A stretch of DNA of 64,000 nucleotides, taken from contig CAXHJY010001478.1 of the NCBI GenBank assembly GCA_964016885.1, forward strand, positions 59,151 through 123,150, given 5' to 3'. Numbering within the stretch: position 1 is the stretch's first letter; each line of letters starts with the position of its first letter. The notes under the pieces are model-generated. The model did no database searches, had not been told where the DNA came from, and was given only the letters and a program-made list of their open reading frames with translations. Shown one piece after another: positions 48,642 to 64,000 of the stretch. Position numbers and translations under genes: made by a program. The DNA is from Eledone cirrhosa (taxonomy: Eukaryota).

Positions 48642-48656
48642 ATAATCATATATATT

Positions 48657-48689
<33 letters not shown>

Positions 48690-49215
48690 TCATATATACA
48701 TGTGCATATATGTGTGTGTGTGTGTGTGTTTTCTTAAGGATATTATATTAGTGACATTCAGAAATCTATGATTAAGCTTGCTTTATATTAGTTATGATAG
48801 ACTCTATAATTGAACATGTCTCTATCAATTTATACGTGTAAACCTTATTCAGAGTAATTCTTTTACTTTTGATGTAGTTTCATAAGAAAATTGCCTTCTA
48901 ATAGAATGCATTGCCACCCAAGTGTCTAGTGTTGTAATATATGAGGTTATAGTTTAGTTTAGGAATCGTGAGCGTAGTTGAAGAAGTAGTTCTGATGCTT
49001 GTTAGTTTACGAAAATAATTAGCAATAAAGAAAATATGATTTATTAGATATCATGTAGAATATATGATATACCATCTACAGTAATATAGGATCAGAAGCG
49101 GCACTAACATAGCGTGGTTCATCATAGGAATGTATATGAAAGTATATATGATGTTTATGTATAAAAAACATACGGGCGTCTCGCTATGAATTTCTGTGTC
49201 AGTAACGAGTGAGAA

Positions 49216-49262
49216 AATGTTACTGATGATGGATAAGCATTCAGAAATAGCAGTCTAGCATT
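49216..49262 (+). ncRNA. Type I hammerhead ribozyme motif
   Basis: AATGTTA-CTGATGA-TGGAT aagc ATTCA-GAAA-TAGCA-GTC-TAGCATT. 7-bp stem I, GTC triplet, weak stem III. Confidence 0.72.
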
Positions 49263-49544
49263 ATCACTGCTCCCGTGATAGTTGTGATATGATCAGAGAT
49301 TTAAACGATTCGTAGCGAAATTCTAGTAGGTTTATTATATCATTGCATATTGTATATGCTTTCATATTCCTCACTATGAGTAATATATGATTATATGCTA
49401 CATATACAGCAATATATTATATACTATATATAGTAATATATAATGTATTGCATACAGTAATATATTATATACTATATATAGTAATATATGATGTATTATA
49501 TACAGTAATACAGGCCTATATAAAAGTATATACACATGTACATG

Positions 49545-49820
49545 AAGGGGCGTGGGGCGTGACATAGGGATTAGGGTATTTTGTTCACGATCGTTAAGTC
49601 GTGAGTTCGATTACTTGAGGTGCGTTGCGACCTTAAGCAAGACACTTTATTCCACGTTGCTCAAGTTCATTCAGCTGGCAAAGAGGTGTTGTACCTGTAA
49701 TTCAAAGAGCTAGCCTTGTCACTTTCTGCTTCATCTGAATCTCCCTGAGAACTATGTTAACGGTAGGCCTGTCTGTGAAATGCTCAGCCACTTGCACTTT
49801 AATTTCACCCCCCAGGCTAT
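49545..49820 (+). mobile_element. SINE of the second family
   Basis: gagttcgatt B-box-like motif and ccttaagcaagacactttattccacgttgctc core. Confidence 0.6.
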
Positions 49821-50316
49821 GCCATTGTTCGTAAATAAACATGATTGTTGTTTCAGCTGTGATTATGTCACAGCTACCTCAGTAAACATGCGCGAAGGTC
49901 TTCGGTAACGGTCACTTATATATATATTATTCTACGTGCCAATGCTTATTTGCTGGAGATATTTATTTATGTTTACTATTGAATAATAAACACAAGCATA
50001 ATATATATATATAAAGCTACAGCTTCTTCCCAACCGAGAGAGTGAATGTCACTAAATATGGATAAAATCCCAGAAACACCAGAGTTCTGGCCTTCTCACA
50101 AGTTTTCTGAGGTAGCTGGAACATGGTCAAAGTTTAAAACACTCAAAGCGAGAGACTTATGTATGTTAACACGATAACTCATGATACCGATAAATTTAGT
50201 ACAAGACTTAAAGAAAATATTCAAGGTGGTGCCTTAGCATGAGCAGAATCTATGGACTGAAACCTTAAAATCGGTGGGCTTTTGGGGTTAATAAAAAAAA
50301 CTAAAATATTGCTTAC

Positions 50317-50455
50317 ATTTTGGCGGACATTTGGAACCATCAAAGCCACATTTCGGTGTGTCTGGGGGCGCCTCCTTCAAATTCCCTGGCCAATGAATCT
50401 TTTTACCATCAATAGGTTCATATTGTTGCTTTTTTCCATAGTAATTGGCTACAAC
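50317..50455 (-). CDS. Exon of receptor guanylyl cyclase, membrane-proximal ectodomain
   Basis: Flanked by gaatag and gtaagc, 139 nt. Translates VVANYYGKKQQYEPIDGKKIHWPGNLKEAPPDTPKCGFDGSKCPPK, with the typical WP..PP.D.P.CGF...C motif. Phase 0 to phase 1. Confidence 0.94.
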
Positions 50456-50999
50456 CTATTCAATAGACACACGTTATAATAAAAGATATGTGACACACGG
50501 TATAACATAAGATATATAAAATATTTAAACAAGTATTTTACTGTATTATTTTATGTATGTTACGGCCCTTTATGGTCTGAGTTCAAATCCCGCCAAGGTT
50601 AACTTTGCCTTTCATCCTTACGGATGCCAAAAGTAGAAACAATTATTTTATGTATTTTCGTTTCTTATACAAATATCAGGTTTTGGCCCAAAAGTTCAGT
50701 CGACTTGTGTGTAGCCGCATTAATCTCTTGGGGGTGGATATCAACCATTTGGGTACACTCCTTCCAAGAGTGTACAAATTGGTGTTATGTTAGAGTGGAC
50801 AGAGTTGTAGAAACACATTCTGACAATTTCACTTGAAATGTAATGTTTACCTGTTGTTGACATGAAATTGACCTAACGTTGATCATGGGTTACACAACAG
50901 CCACAATGTTAATTTTGAAAACAGTTCATATTAGGTACACGTTTTAATAAAAGGTATTTGATACAGGGATGAGGACGGAATTAAGCCAAACATACAAGG

Positions 51000-51410
51000 C
51001 TGATTTAGGCACAAGGCAAACAATTTCTGTGGAGGGGAAAGTCGATTAAAATGATTTCAGTACGTTACTGGTACTTTATTTTATCGACCTAGTAAGGATG
51101 AAAAAGAAAAGATAACCTCGCCGGGATTTGAAATCAAAATATAAATGGCCGTAACTATATTCTGTCCGACGCTCTACCGATACTGCCTACCAATTCACCA
51201 CTCTTATACAATGCAACATAATTGTTTCTACGTTTGGCACAAGGCCAGCAATTAAACCAGTGTATTACTGGTACTTTATTTTATCGACACCGTAAGGATG
51301 AAAGGCAAAGTTACCCTCGGCGGGATTTGAACTCAGACCATAAAGGACCGTAACTCTTTGCTGCAAAGTATGGCATCCGACCCTCTACCGATTCTGCCAA
51401 TCCACCGCCC
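51000..51410 (-). mobile_element. Two tandem tRNA-derived SINE copies
   Basis: Same family as 46430, in reverse orientation. Confidence 0.8.
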
Positions 51411-51815
51411 TATGCAAAATATTGCGGTTATTCCATCCTCAGACTCTACTAAAAGAAACCTCTGCTACTTCTACTACTACTACTTGGCTTATTTGCAATT
51501 GTTTTTTATGTAGAAATCATGAATATCTATAGAATCTATGTAATTAAACCAACATATTACATTACTGGTATGTAATATCACCGGAATGATGGATGATGAA
51601 AACCGTTATGAAGTTCAATAAAGTTTGTTCAAGTAAATTTCCATCTTTTGCCATACTATCACACGGAATACTTTAATAACCTATATATAACTCATATATC
51701 TTTATTTCATCCTTATACAAAACAGGTTTGCGAAACGAGATACGTACACACACATATTATATATATATATATATATATATTAGAATATCTGATGAATTTC
51801 CTGCTAATACTACTA

Positions 51816-51883
<68 letters not shown>

Positions 51884-52481
51884 TAGTAGTAGTATTAGCA
51901 GGAAATTCATCAGATATTCTAATACTCAAATGAAATAAATCTACCAGCATTCTAATACCAAATTTAGAGATAAATTTATTTATGTTGGATGTAAATACAG
52001 AAAACTGCTTAAATGAAAATGAAAACAACAAAGAATTTAAACAGATAATCGATAAATGCAATAAGACTTTGTTGAAATGGGACAAGATTTACTGTTTGCA
52101 TAACGAACGTTGTTCCTTAATTTAAATTGTTATTCGTCTGAGGATTATAGGTGACAGCTAAACATAAAACAATCGCTGATGGTGTGTTGGAAAAGAAGCA
52201 AACCGTTTCTCTATAAAGTATTCTATGTAAGTGAAATTGTAGTGGAATATAATAAATTAAAAGCTAGCTAGACTTGGTTATTTGGAACCACAAACTATAG
52301 TATCTTTTACCTCATAAAATATATTTAGAGGTGATAAAACTATAACAGAGCATCTTTTGGCGAGTTTAAATCAACACTTCACGACACCCCGAATGTGACT
52401 TACTTTCAACACCGATGTATGTATATGCATCTAGCTATATAGTATATGAATGTATATACATCTAGCTATATAGTAAAAGAG

Positions 52482-52864
<383 letters not shown>

Positions 52865-53027
52865 AAAGAAGATGCGGTAAGATAACAGGTGGACCATAAC
52901 GCACCAGAGTACTCGATACTTAGGGTAGTAGAGTGGGTAACAGGAGAAAAGTCAGGACCCCGACGGGTGAGCTCCGGTCGTTTCAACAGCTAGATCCAAA
53001 CTAAGCTTAGTTCTGACTCTTTTGCTA

Positions 53028-53075
<48 letters not shown>

Positions 53076-53189
53076 TTAGTTAAGCAAAACAAGACCACAC
53101 ATTTCACAAGGAAGACATTATTAAAAGATTGGCAACATATTTAGTTTGATGTAAGGAATGTAGAGAATAATAATAATAATAATATTAAT

Positions 53190-53380
53190 AATAATTGTTT
53201 CTACTTTAGGCACAAGGCCAGCAATTATCCAGTGCATTACTGGTACTTTATTTTATCGACCCCGTAAGGATGAAAGGCAAAGTCAACCTCGGCGGGATTT
53301 GAACTCAGATCGTAAAGGGACGTAACTATGCTGGAAAGCATGGCGTCCGACCCTCTACCGATACTGCCAATCCACCGCCC
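53190..53380 (-). mobile_element. Young tRNA-derived SINE
   Basis: Near-identical to the 40482-40666 copy; tattaataataat occurs on both sides (probable TSD). Confidence 0.85.
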
Positions 53381-53741
53381 TATATTAATAATAATAATGC
53401 CCAATATTAATAATAATAATGCCCAATATTAATAATAATAATGCCCGTTTACAACTGTTTCGCTACTCCGTATAATATTTCTGGATCAGATGACTATGTA
53501 TCATAATTGATCTGGTTCAGTTGAAAATAATTAACATATTTAAAAAAACAGAGTGGCTTAACTAATGAATATTTCCAGCTCTGCGCACCTAACGTCTGCA
53601 TGAACCCAGCCACCTAGCTGCTTTCTACTGCATATTGAGCACATGCCTTTACGCTTTGGCTTCTAACTAACTCATCAATCTTTCCTCTCATATCTCCTCT
53701 ACTATCTCCATCTCTCTCTTTAAGATTGGTTACTCTTGAAC

Positions 53742-53786
<45 letters not shown>

Positions 53787-54231
53787 CGAAGGAGGTGTGG
53801 TAAGGAACCAGATAGAACCAAAACGCACCAGAGTAGTCAATACTTAGGGTAGTAGGGTGGGTTATAGGGAAATGTTTAACCCGACGGCAGAGCTCAAGCC
53901 GTTTCGACGGCTATTTCTAGACGTCGAATTGGCTTGAGCTCTGCGGTCGGGGTTAAACATTTTCCTATTACATATATAGATATATAAATATATATTTATA
54001 TATACATATATAAATATATATATATATACATATATAAATATATATATATATTGTAAAGGGTCGGGACCCTGACGGCTGAGCTCCTGCCGTTTCAACACAT
54101 AGTTCCAACAAGCTGTTGAAAAGGCAAGAGCTCAATCGTCGGGATTACGACTCGTTATAATATAACCATACTCTTCTAGCCCATACTCTGGTGACTAATA
54201 GTCTAACCAGTTTCAAACTAAATCCTTCCTG

Positions 54232-54277
<46 letters not shown>

Positions 54278-54309
54278 ATATATTTGGCAACATGACCCTC
54301 CCAAAGTAT

Positions 54310-54387
<78 letters not shown>

Positions 54388-54784
54388 TTGTTTGTTTGTT
54401 TGTTTGTTTCTTTATATAAGCGTTTGACGATGTAATCGATGTGTCAGCTAAAACCTTTTTTGTGGCATTTGATTTACATCTTGGTTATATTCCCTTAAGC
54501 TCATGACAGTTTTAATAAAACGCCATGCTTGTACTGTTTTGTGTGCAGTGAATAACTCGTTGTGAGGTCTTAGATTTCCTTAAAATATTGTGCTATCTGT
54601 TTTCTCTATACTATCCCCTTATTCTCCGTATCTACATTGTACCCACATATTCTCGGCTTGAATAATTGAGACACTGATGATATAGGGTGTTGATTTCTAG
54701 TAACCTTATTGAACTGTATTAAGAACCTACTGCAATACAGTTCTGTTTTCTACATTCTAAGACCGTATTATTATTTTTGTCTGA

Positions 54785-55011
54785 GGGCGGTGGGTTGGCA
54801 GTATCGGTAGAGGGTCGGACGCCATGCTTTGCAGCATAGAGTTACGGCTCTTTATGCTCTGAGCTCAAATCCCGCCGAGGTTAACTTTGCCTTTCATCCT
54901 TATGGGGTCGATAAAATAAAATACCAGTCATGCACTGGGGTCGATTTAATCGAATTTTCTCCCCCCCCCCAAAAAAAAAAAATTACTGGCCTTGTGCCTA
55001 TATAACAAACC
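54785..55011 (+). mobile_element. Full-length tRNA-derived SINE with 18-bp TSD
   Basis: attattatttttgtctga at 54767-54784 and 55012-55029; A and B boxes present. Confidence 0.9.
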
Positions 55012-55359
55012 ATTATTATTTTTGTCTGATTTTACCATCCGTTTGATTTTTGTTTTCAATCCACTGACTTGTTATTAGCAATCAACCGACGATCTCCAGG
55101 ATTTGGACACTACGCCCTGCTTCTAAATTAATCTTTATTTAGTTAATCAAAAAATCAATACAAAAAGGAAATTAGTCACCTAAACTAAATATGCAACCGT
55201 AAAAGTAATTTTGGATAAAAATTTCAAATTTAAATATAAAATAACGTAAAGAATAAATTGGCATCGTATAATTACATTCTATTTCCAAGAATTACAGATA
55301 ACGTTTATTCCCACCAATTTTAGGAAGATGACTGTAGCAATGTTTAAAAACAAATCTCA

Positions 55360-55895
55360 TCGAGGTTAGCCTTGCCTTTCACCCTTACCTGTTCGATAAA
55401 ATAAAATACCAGTAATGCACTGGGGTCAATTTAATCGATTTTCCCCTCCCCAAATTAGAAACCATTATATATAGATAAAGGGCGGTGAATTGGCAGTATC
55501 GGTAGAGGGTCGGACGCCATGCTTTGCAGCACAGTTATATCTCTTTACGGACTGAGTTCAAATCCCGCCGAGTTTAACTTTGCCTTTCATCCTTACGGTC
55601 GATAAAATAAAGTACCAGTAATACACTGGGATAATTGCTGGCCTTGTGCCAAAAGTAGAAATAATTATATATAGATAAAGGGGCGGTGGATTGACAGAAT
55701 CGGTAGCATGTCGGACAACATGCTTTGCGGTATATAATTATGGCCTTTTAAGTCTTGAGTTCAAATCCCACCAAGGTTAGCTTTGCCTTTCAACCTTACG
55801 GAGGTGATACAATAAAATATCTGTAGCGCACTTGGATCGATCTAATCGACTTTCCCCTTCTAGTTGCAGGCCTTCTATGAAAAGTAGAAACAATT
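55360..55895 (+). mobile_element. Stack of three SINE copies
   Basis: The middle copy is flanked by 17-bp attatatatagataaag (55464-55480, 55664-55680). Confidence 0.82.
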
Positions 55896-56643
55896 ATATA
55901 TGGAAAATACAAGCGCTAGATTAACAGAATCGTTACGGTGTCTGAGAAAAGTAATTTATTTATTTAGTTAGTTTTGTGTTTCACTCTATCAATTTACCTA
56001 CTTCCATGTTCTTAAACATTTGTTATATTATGCAAAAACATAAGGAAGGAGTGTTACCATGTTTCCGGTGCTGGGAATGTAACAAATGTTGTACAGAACC
56101 GTTAATACAGACAGAAATATGTTAAAATATTACCTTCAATTATTTCACATGAATAAATTTAATGAATATTTTATCGTGAATGAGACATAATTGGAAATAT
56201 TGATATGGAATATTGAACGAAAGTTAATTCATTCCAAGAATGAATCATATAATTCATATATTTAGAGATTCAGGGTGAAAGTACAATAGTAATTTGAGTT
56301 GTTTTTAAATAAGTTATTATATAATGTCAGCTGACCAATTAACGGGGGGTGATATTTTGTACCCAGAGTTCGGTAATACAACTATGACCTTGACACAGAC
56401 AATTGTCAATAAGTTTAATTATATTATCTCTTAATCTGATTCTTTGGAAGGGGTGATGATGCTGTTCACTACGGTAACAGCTGCAGGTATAGCCGAATGG
56501 TTAAGTTAAGATATACGCTTCACAATCATGGAGTTCTATGTTCGATTTCCTTCTATATTACCCAAGGCAAGTGTATTTTACAATCACCTCTAGCTGACCA
56601 ATACTTGTAAATGAAACGTGGTAATCTAATACAATACTCTTAC

Positions 56644-56738
56644 CTCAAAAACCCCAGTCTCTGGGTTAGTCATATCAAGAAGCGAGTAGTCTGCATTTCT
56701 ATCCCCATTCACATCAATACTGACGTTTCCTGTGATTC
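56644..56738 (-). CDS. Exon of receptor guanylyl cyclase (natriuretic peptide receptor-like), end of extracellular ligand-binding domain
   Basis: Flanked by tttcag and gtaaga, 95 nt. Translates (G)ITGNVSIDVNGDRNADYSLLDMTNPETGVFE, matching the NPR-type motif G[VI]TG.V.ID.NGDR..D[FY]SL.DM. Ends in phase 0. Confidence 0.93.
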
Positions 56739-58343
56739 CTGAAATGATAGCATGTGTGTGTATATTAGTGATTAAATATACAGTGAATATATAAAAAATG
56801 TAATATAAAGGAAAGGCCTTTAAGTCCTTATGGTGTCGTAAGGATTCCCACCTGGCAGATGACGTATCTTAGGCAGTTTAAACCTGTAGGAGCTCATCTT
56901 TCCCCAGATGGGAACACAGTCGATTTCTCAGTGAGAGAGAGGGGGGGGGGAGAGAGGTAGAGAGAGAGAGGGGAGAGAGAGAGAGAGAGTAAGGGGTTAT
57001 AGAAAAAGAGATGGATATATATACAGATATGTAGATAGATATATATAGACTTACAGAGGGAGTAAGAGAGTAAAAGACAGAAAAGTTGACCCAAGTACTG
57101 GGCTGATACTTCTTTTTATAGACTTTGAGAGAATGTAAAGCTATGCTGACTTGTACGGAATTTCAAGACAAAACGCAATGCGCCAAATAAATATCGAGTC
57201 ATTTTTAATCTGATGCCCTAACAATTCACCACCTTATTCCGAGTATTTATCTATATGGATAAATGATAGACGTTCCCTTCGATTTTGACGTGTGAGGATA
57301 CAAAGAACCTATTTAGTTCATTCAGTTTAGATGTTTATATGGGGCATGGCATTTTAGACCTGCCAAGGATTTGCGTAGTTAAAATTTCATAAGAAAGGTT
57401 CCAATGCCTCGAAACTTGCACTTAGTGAAGGGGTCGTTGTTAGATATTTTGTATTCGCGTGTATACCCACAGATTGCACGAAGACAACCTTTATGAAAGA
57501 CGACCAGATTCTGATACATATAAGAATGTGGTCAGAACAACAGCTTTATAAACATGTATCTTGGTGTCCCGGCTTATGTCCCTATCATTCCAAAGACGAT
57601 TGTATATATATATATATATATATAATGGTACACGTATATACGGAATTACGGAGTGCTCAGCCACCTACACGTTAATATTACGAGCAGGTTCGTCGGATCA
57701 ACTGTGTAACTCGCCGTTGGATAGAATAGAGCAAGACATCCAATCCAACCCTTTAAGAACTCCGCCAAGCCACCACCCTTGGAATGCTACTACTGTATAT
57801 TTATCGATCGAGAAATGATGAGACGAAAACATTGATTGAATTCCTTGGTATGTTTTGAACTCAGAAAGCAGTACAGTGGAAAATATATTACACTGCATGT
57901 AATTCGAAGCCGTAGTGACGTTGCCAGTTCAACCGCGGTGAATGATGTCATCTACACCATTCTAAAGTTTTAGATTTACCATAGAATGGTAAAGAGAAAA
58001 GAAAAAGAGATCTAATATTTTCAGTTGAAAAGAGTTTTTTTTTTATTGTCAGTAAAAAAAGAATGTTAAAGCAAAAAGTGGAATGCCGAATGGAAATAAA
58101 GAGAGAGAATTGTGCCGTTGAATAACAATCTCAAGTTGTTATACAATTTGCTGCAAAATAGAATTTGTAAATACCTCGACTATTACCATGAGAAAAACAG
58201 GGGGAGTAAAAAACAAAAGCAATAACAGATACCAAGAAAACACACACAGGGGCGGTTTTCCACAAACGTCGGCTTACACATACAAACTCGCACATATACA
58301 TGTATATCGCCATTTCAAAACACCAACAGAAATTTACATACTT

Positions 58344-58374
<31 letters not shown>

Positions 58375-58545
58375 CTAACACAGATATAGGTTTACATGTG
58401 CTAAATTACACGGATTGGCATATAGTCAGTAACAGAAGCATAAATACACAACTAAAGATGACCGGAACCAAACGAAAAAGCAAACAAACAAACGAACAAG
58501 GAGCCTGTATAGATGTATAAACAGACAGACACACACACACACACA

Positions 58546-58629
<84 letters not shown>

Positions 58630-59838
58630 TACATCTATATTTACGTGTGTAATGGTGATGTGGGCGCACACATTTCCAAGGCAAATTAGAAATTCTGCTC
58701 ACGTTTGCCTGTACATTAGAAAAGACAAATAGACAAAAAAACTCGTGAAGAAAATATCTTTCCCTGCATGTACATATAATTGACAAGGAGATATCTATTT
58801 AACTACAAATTATTGTCGGATGATAAAGAAAGCATTGAAGTAGTCCTCCAGAGAAAATGAATATATCATAATTTTTATAAACTTAACAACAACTATATCG
58901 TATTGATAAAACGTTACAAACAACATTATATTATATAGAAGACGACAAATGTCAAGTCGTAGGGTAAGAGTTAAGATATCGATGGTGTGGAGAAAGCAGC
59001 ATATCGTTTCAGATTCTTTCTCTTCCACTTATAGTGAGAAAGTGTTGTTGCTATCGCTAGCCTATGACTAGTTAAACGATGAGGAGTATCACGTTTTGAA
59101 TATAGTCTCACTACTCCACTATCAGACAAAGAGCAAGATTTTAATTGTTACGTTATCATACACATAGTGATGTTCAACCAAACAATACCTTAACGATTAA
59201 CTCTGGACAAAATCGGAATTAGATAAACTGAGTTAAAGTTAATCAAAAATAGAATTAGTTTAATTTTTGACTATTACGATGAAAAACCTTCACATGTTTC
59301 TTACGGCCAGACATAAAATGATTCGAAAGTAGTGTTTTAGAGAATATATACTGAATAGTAGCTTCATTTCTAAAACTTCGAACACCATCGTTACATTTAT
59401 CATGATAAATTTGTTAAAAGGATTCAATAAAAAATTTACCATGTTATTTTAGAAGCGTGTTTATAATGTCTGCTTTTGTTCGGTCAAGAGGTGTTAAGAA
59501 TTGTATTCAAATAATTATAAACTACGTTGTTTATCAACCTGAAGAGGAAAATGTGTCACATTTTAAATTTTATCATTAAGATTAATCACTCTTCCTAAAA
59601 ATAACTTTGTGTTAAAGCTCTATGATAACGTATTAGTGTCTACTTAAACTAGAATTGTGACCATATCTGGCAGGACTATTATCTCTCAGAAACCTAAGTT
59701 ATGCTTTTGCACTTTAATCAACAAGCTTAATATGTATTCTTTTCAACTAGAACATCGGTTTGTGGCATTTTAGATTCAACATTAACAACTAGACTATAAC
59801 AATTAGGTGTCACATCGCAGAAGCGTCATTTGGCCATT

Positions 59839-59878
<40 letters not shown>

Positions 59879-60238
59879 CCCACCCACACACAAACTCTTA
59901 AATTGATTTTGTACAAGGAAATAAACAATGGATGTAAAGTGAATTCAACAGGAAATATATGATAAACTTGAAGGAAATTTAACAGCTTTTGCACTTTAAT
60001 CATCAGGTTTATTTGATATGTATTTGTTTCATATACATATTTTATTTGAGGCATTTTAGATTCAGAATATAACAATGCATGTTGTAACAATGCCAGCGTG
60101 GTAATCACATCGTAGAAGAGTCATTTTAGCGATTGCAAACACACACACATTATAGATATATATATATATACACATACACATATATATATACACATACACA
60201 TATATAGTTATGTTATAAACAACATAAGGCAATTATTC

Positions 60239-60309
60239 CATTTACAAAAGGTTTCCCACACAAAAACAGACGAGCTCGACACAGACGTGTGAAATCACTC
60301 ATCAGAATG
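60239..60309 (-). ncRNA. Diverged hammerhead motif (left arm of inverted repeat)
   Basis: CATT-CTGATGA-GTGATTTCACACGTCTGTGTCGAGCTCG...GG-GAAA-CCTTTTG-TA-AATG. Confidence 0.55.
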
Positions 60310-60321
60310 AAAATAAAATGT

Positions 60322-60388
60322 CATTCTGATGAGTGATTTCAGACATCTGTGTCGAGATCGTAGGTCTTCGTGAAACCTTTGGTAAATG
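60322..60388 (+). ncRNA. Type I hammerhead motif with extended irregular stem II (right arm of inverted repeat)
   Basis: CATT-CTGATGA-[39 nt including GATTTC/GAGATC and GACA/TGTC]-GAAA-CC ttt GG-TA-AATG. Confidence 0.65.
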
Positions 60389-60492
60389 GAATAATTGTCT
60401 TATGTTGTTTATTACATAATTAAATAGCTCTGTAGCTTATATAGAACACTCTCCTTTCCTTTACCTTTCCTTTGGAAACAATATAATTTAAT

Positions 60493-64000
<3,508 letters not shown>

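Noticed and set aside
50670-50960. Possible mariner TIR (tatcaggttttggcccaaaagttc)
   Set aside because: No matching second TIR or recognisable transposase frame was found.
59700-60150. Diverged tandem duplication (period about 283 bp) and small tandem duplications at 1741, 40296, 46808 and 53395
   Set aside because: Ordinary local slippage or duplication with no further structure.

Overview
This is very AT-rich, microsatellite-dense eukaryotic DNA. The tRNA-derived SINEs and (TA)n/(CA)n load suggest an octopus or other coleoid cephalopod (inference). The window is mostly intron of a minus-strand receptor guanylyl cyclase (natriuretic-peptide-receptor-like) gene. Four phase-compatible GT-AG exons are recoverable by eye (56644-56738, 50317-50455, 18150-18234, 15330-15456), encoding the end of the ectodomain, the TM helix and the juxtamembrane segment. 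The introns hold a 5'-truncated but open Penelope-like element (RT + GIY-YIG) with inverted pLTRs, RTE LINE fragments (one with three C-terminal C2H2 fingers), mariner/MITE relics, serially stacked SINEs, a hairpin repeat family and multi-kb (TA)n-derived satellites. The most notable unannotated signal is about 11 hammerhead-ribozyme motifs of several sequence families. Many occur as outward-facing inverted pairs, including short palindromes with a hammerhead on each strand, and one has a multibranched stem II. Nearly all long ORFs in the supplied track are TA-repeat artefacts. All structures and alignments were read manually, not computed.
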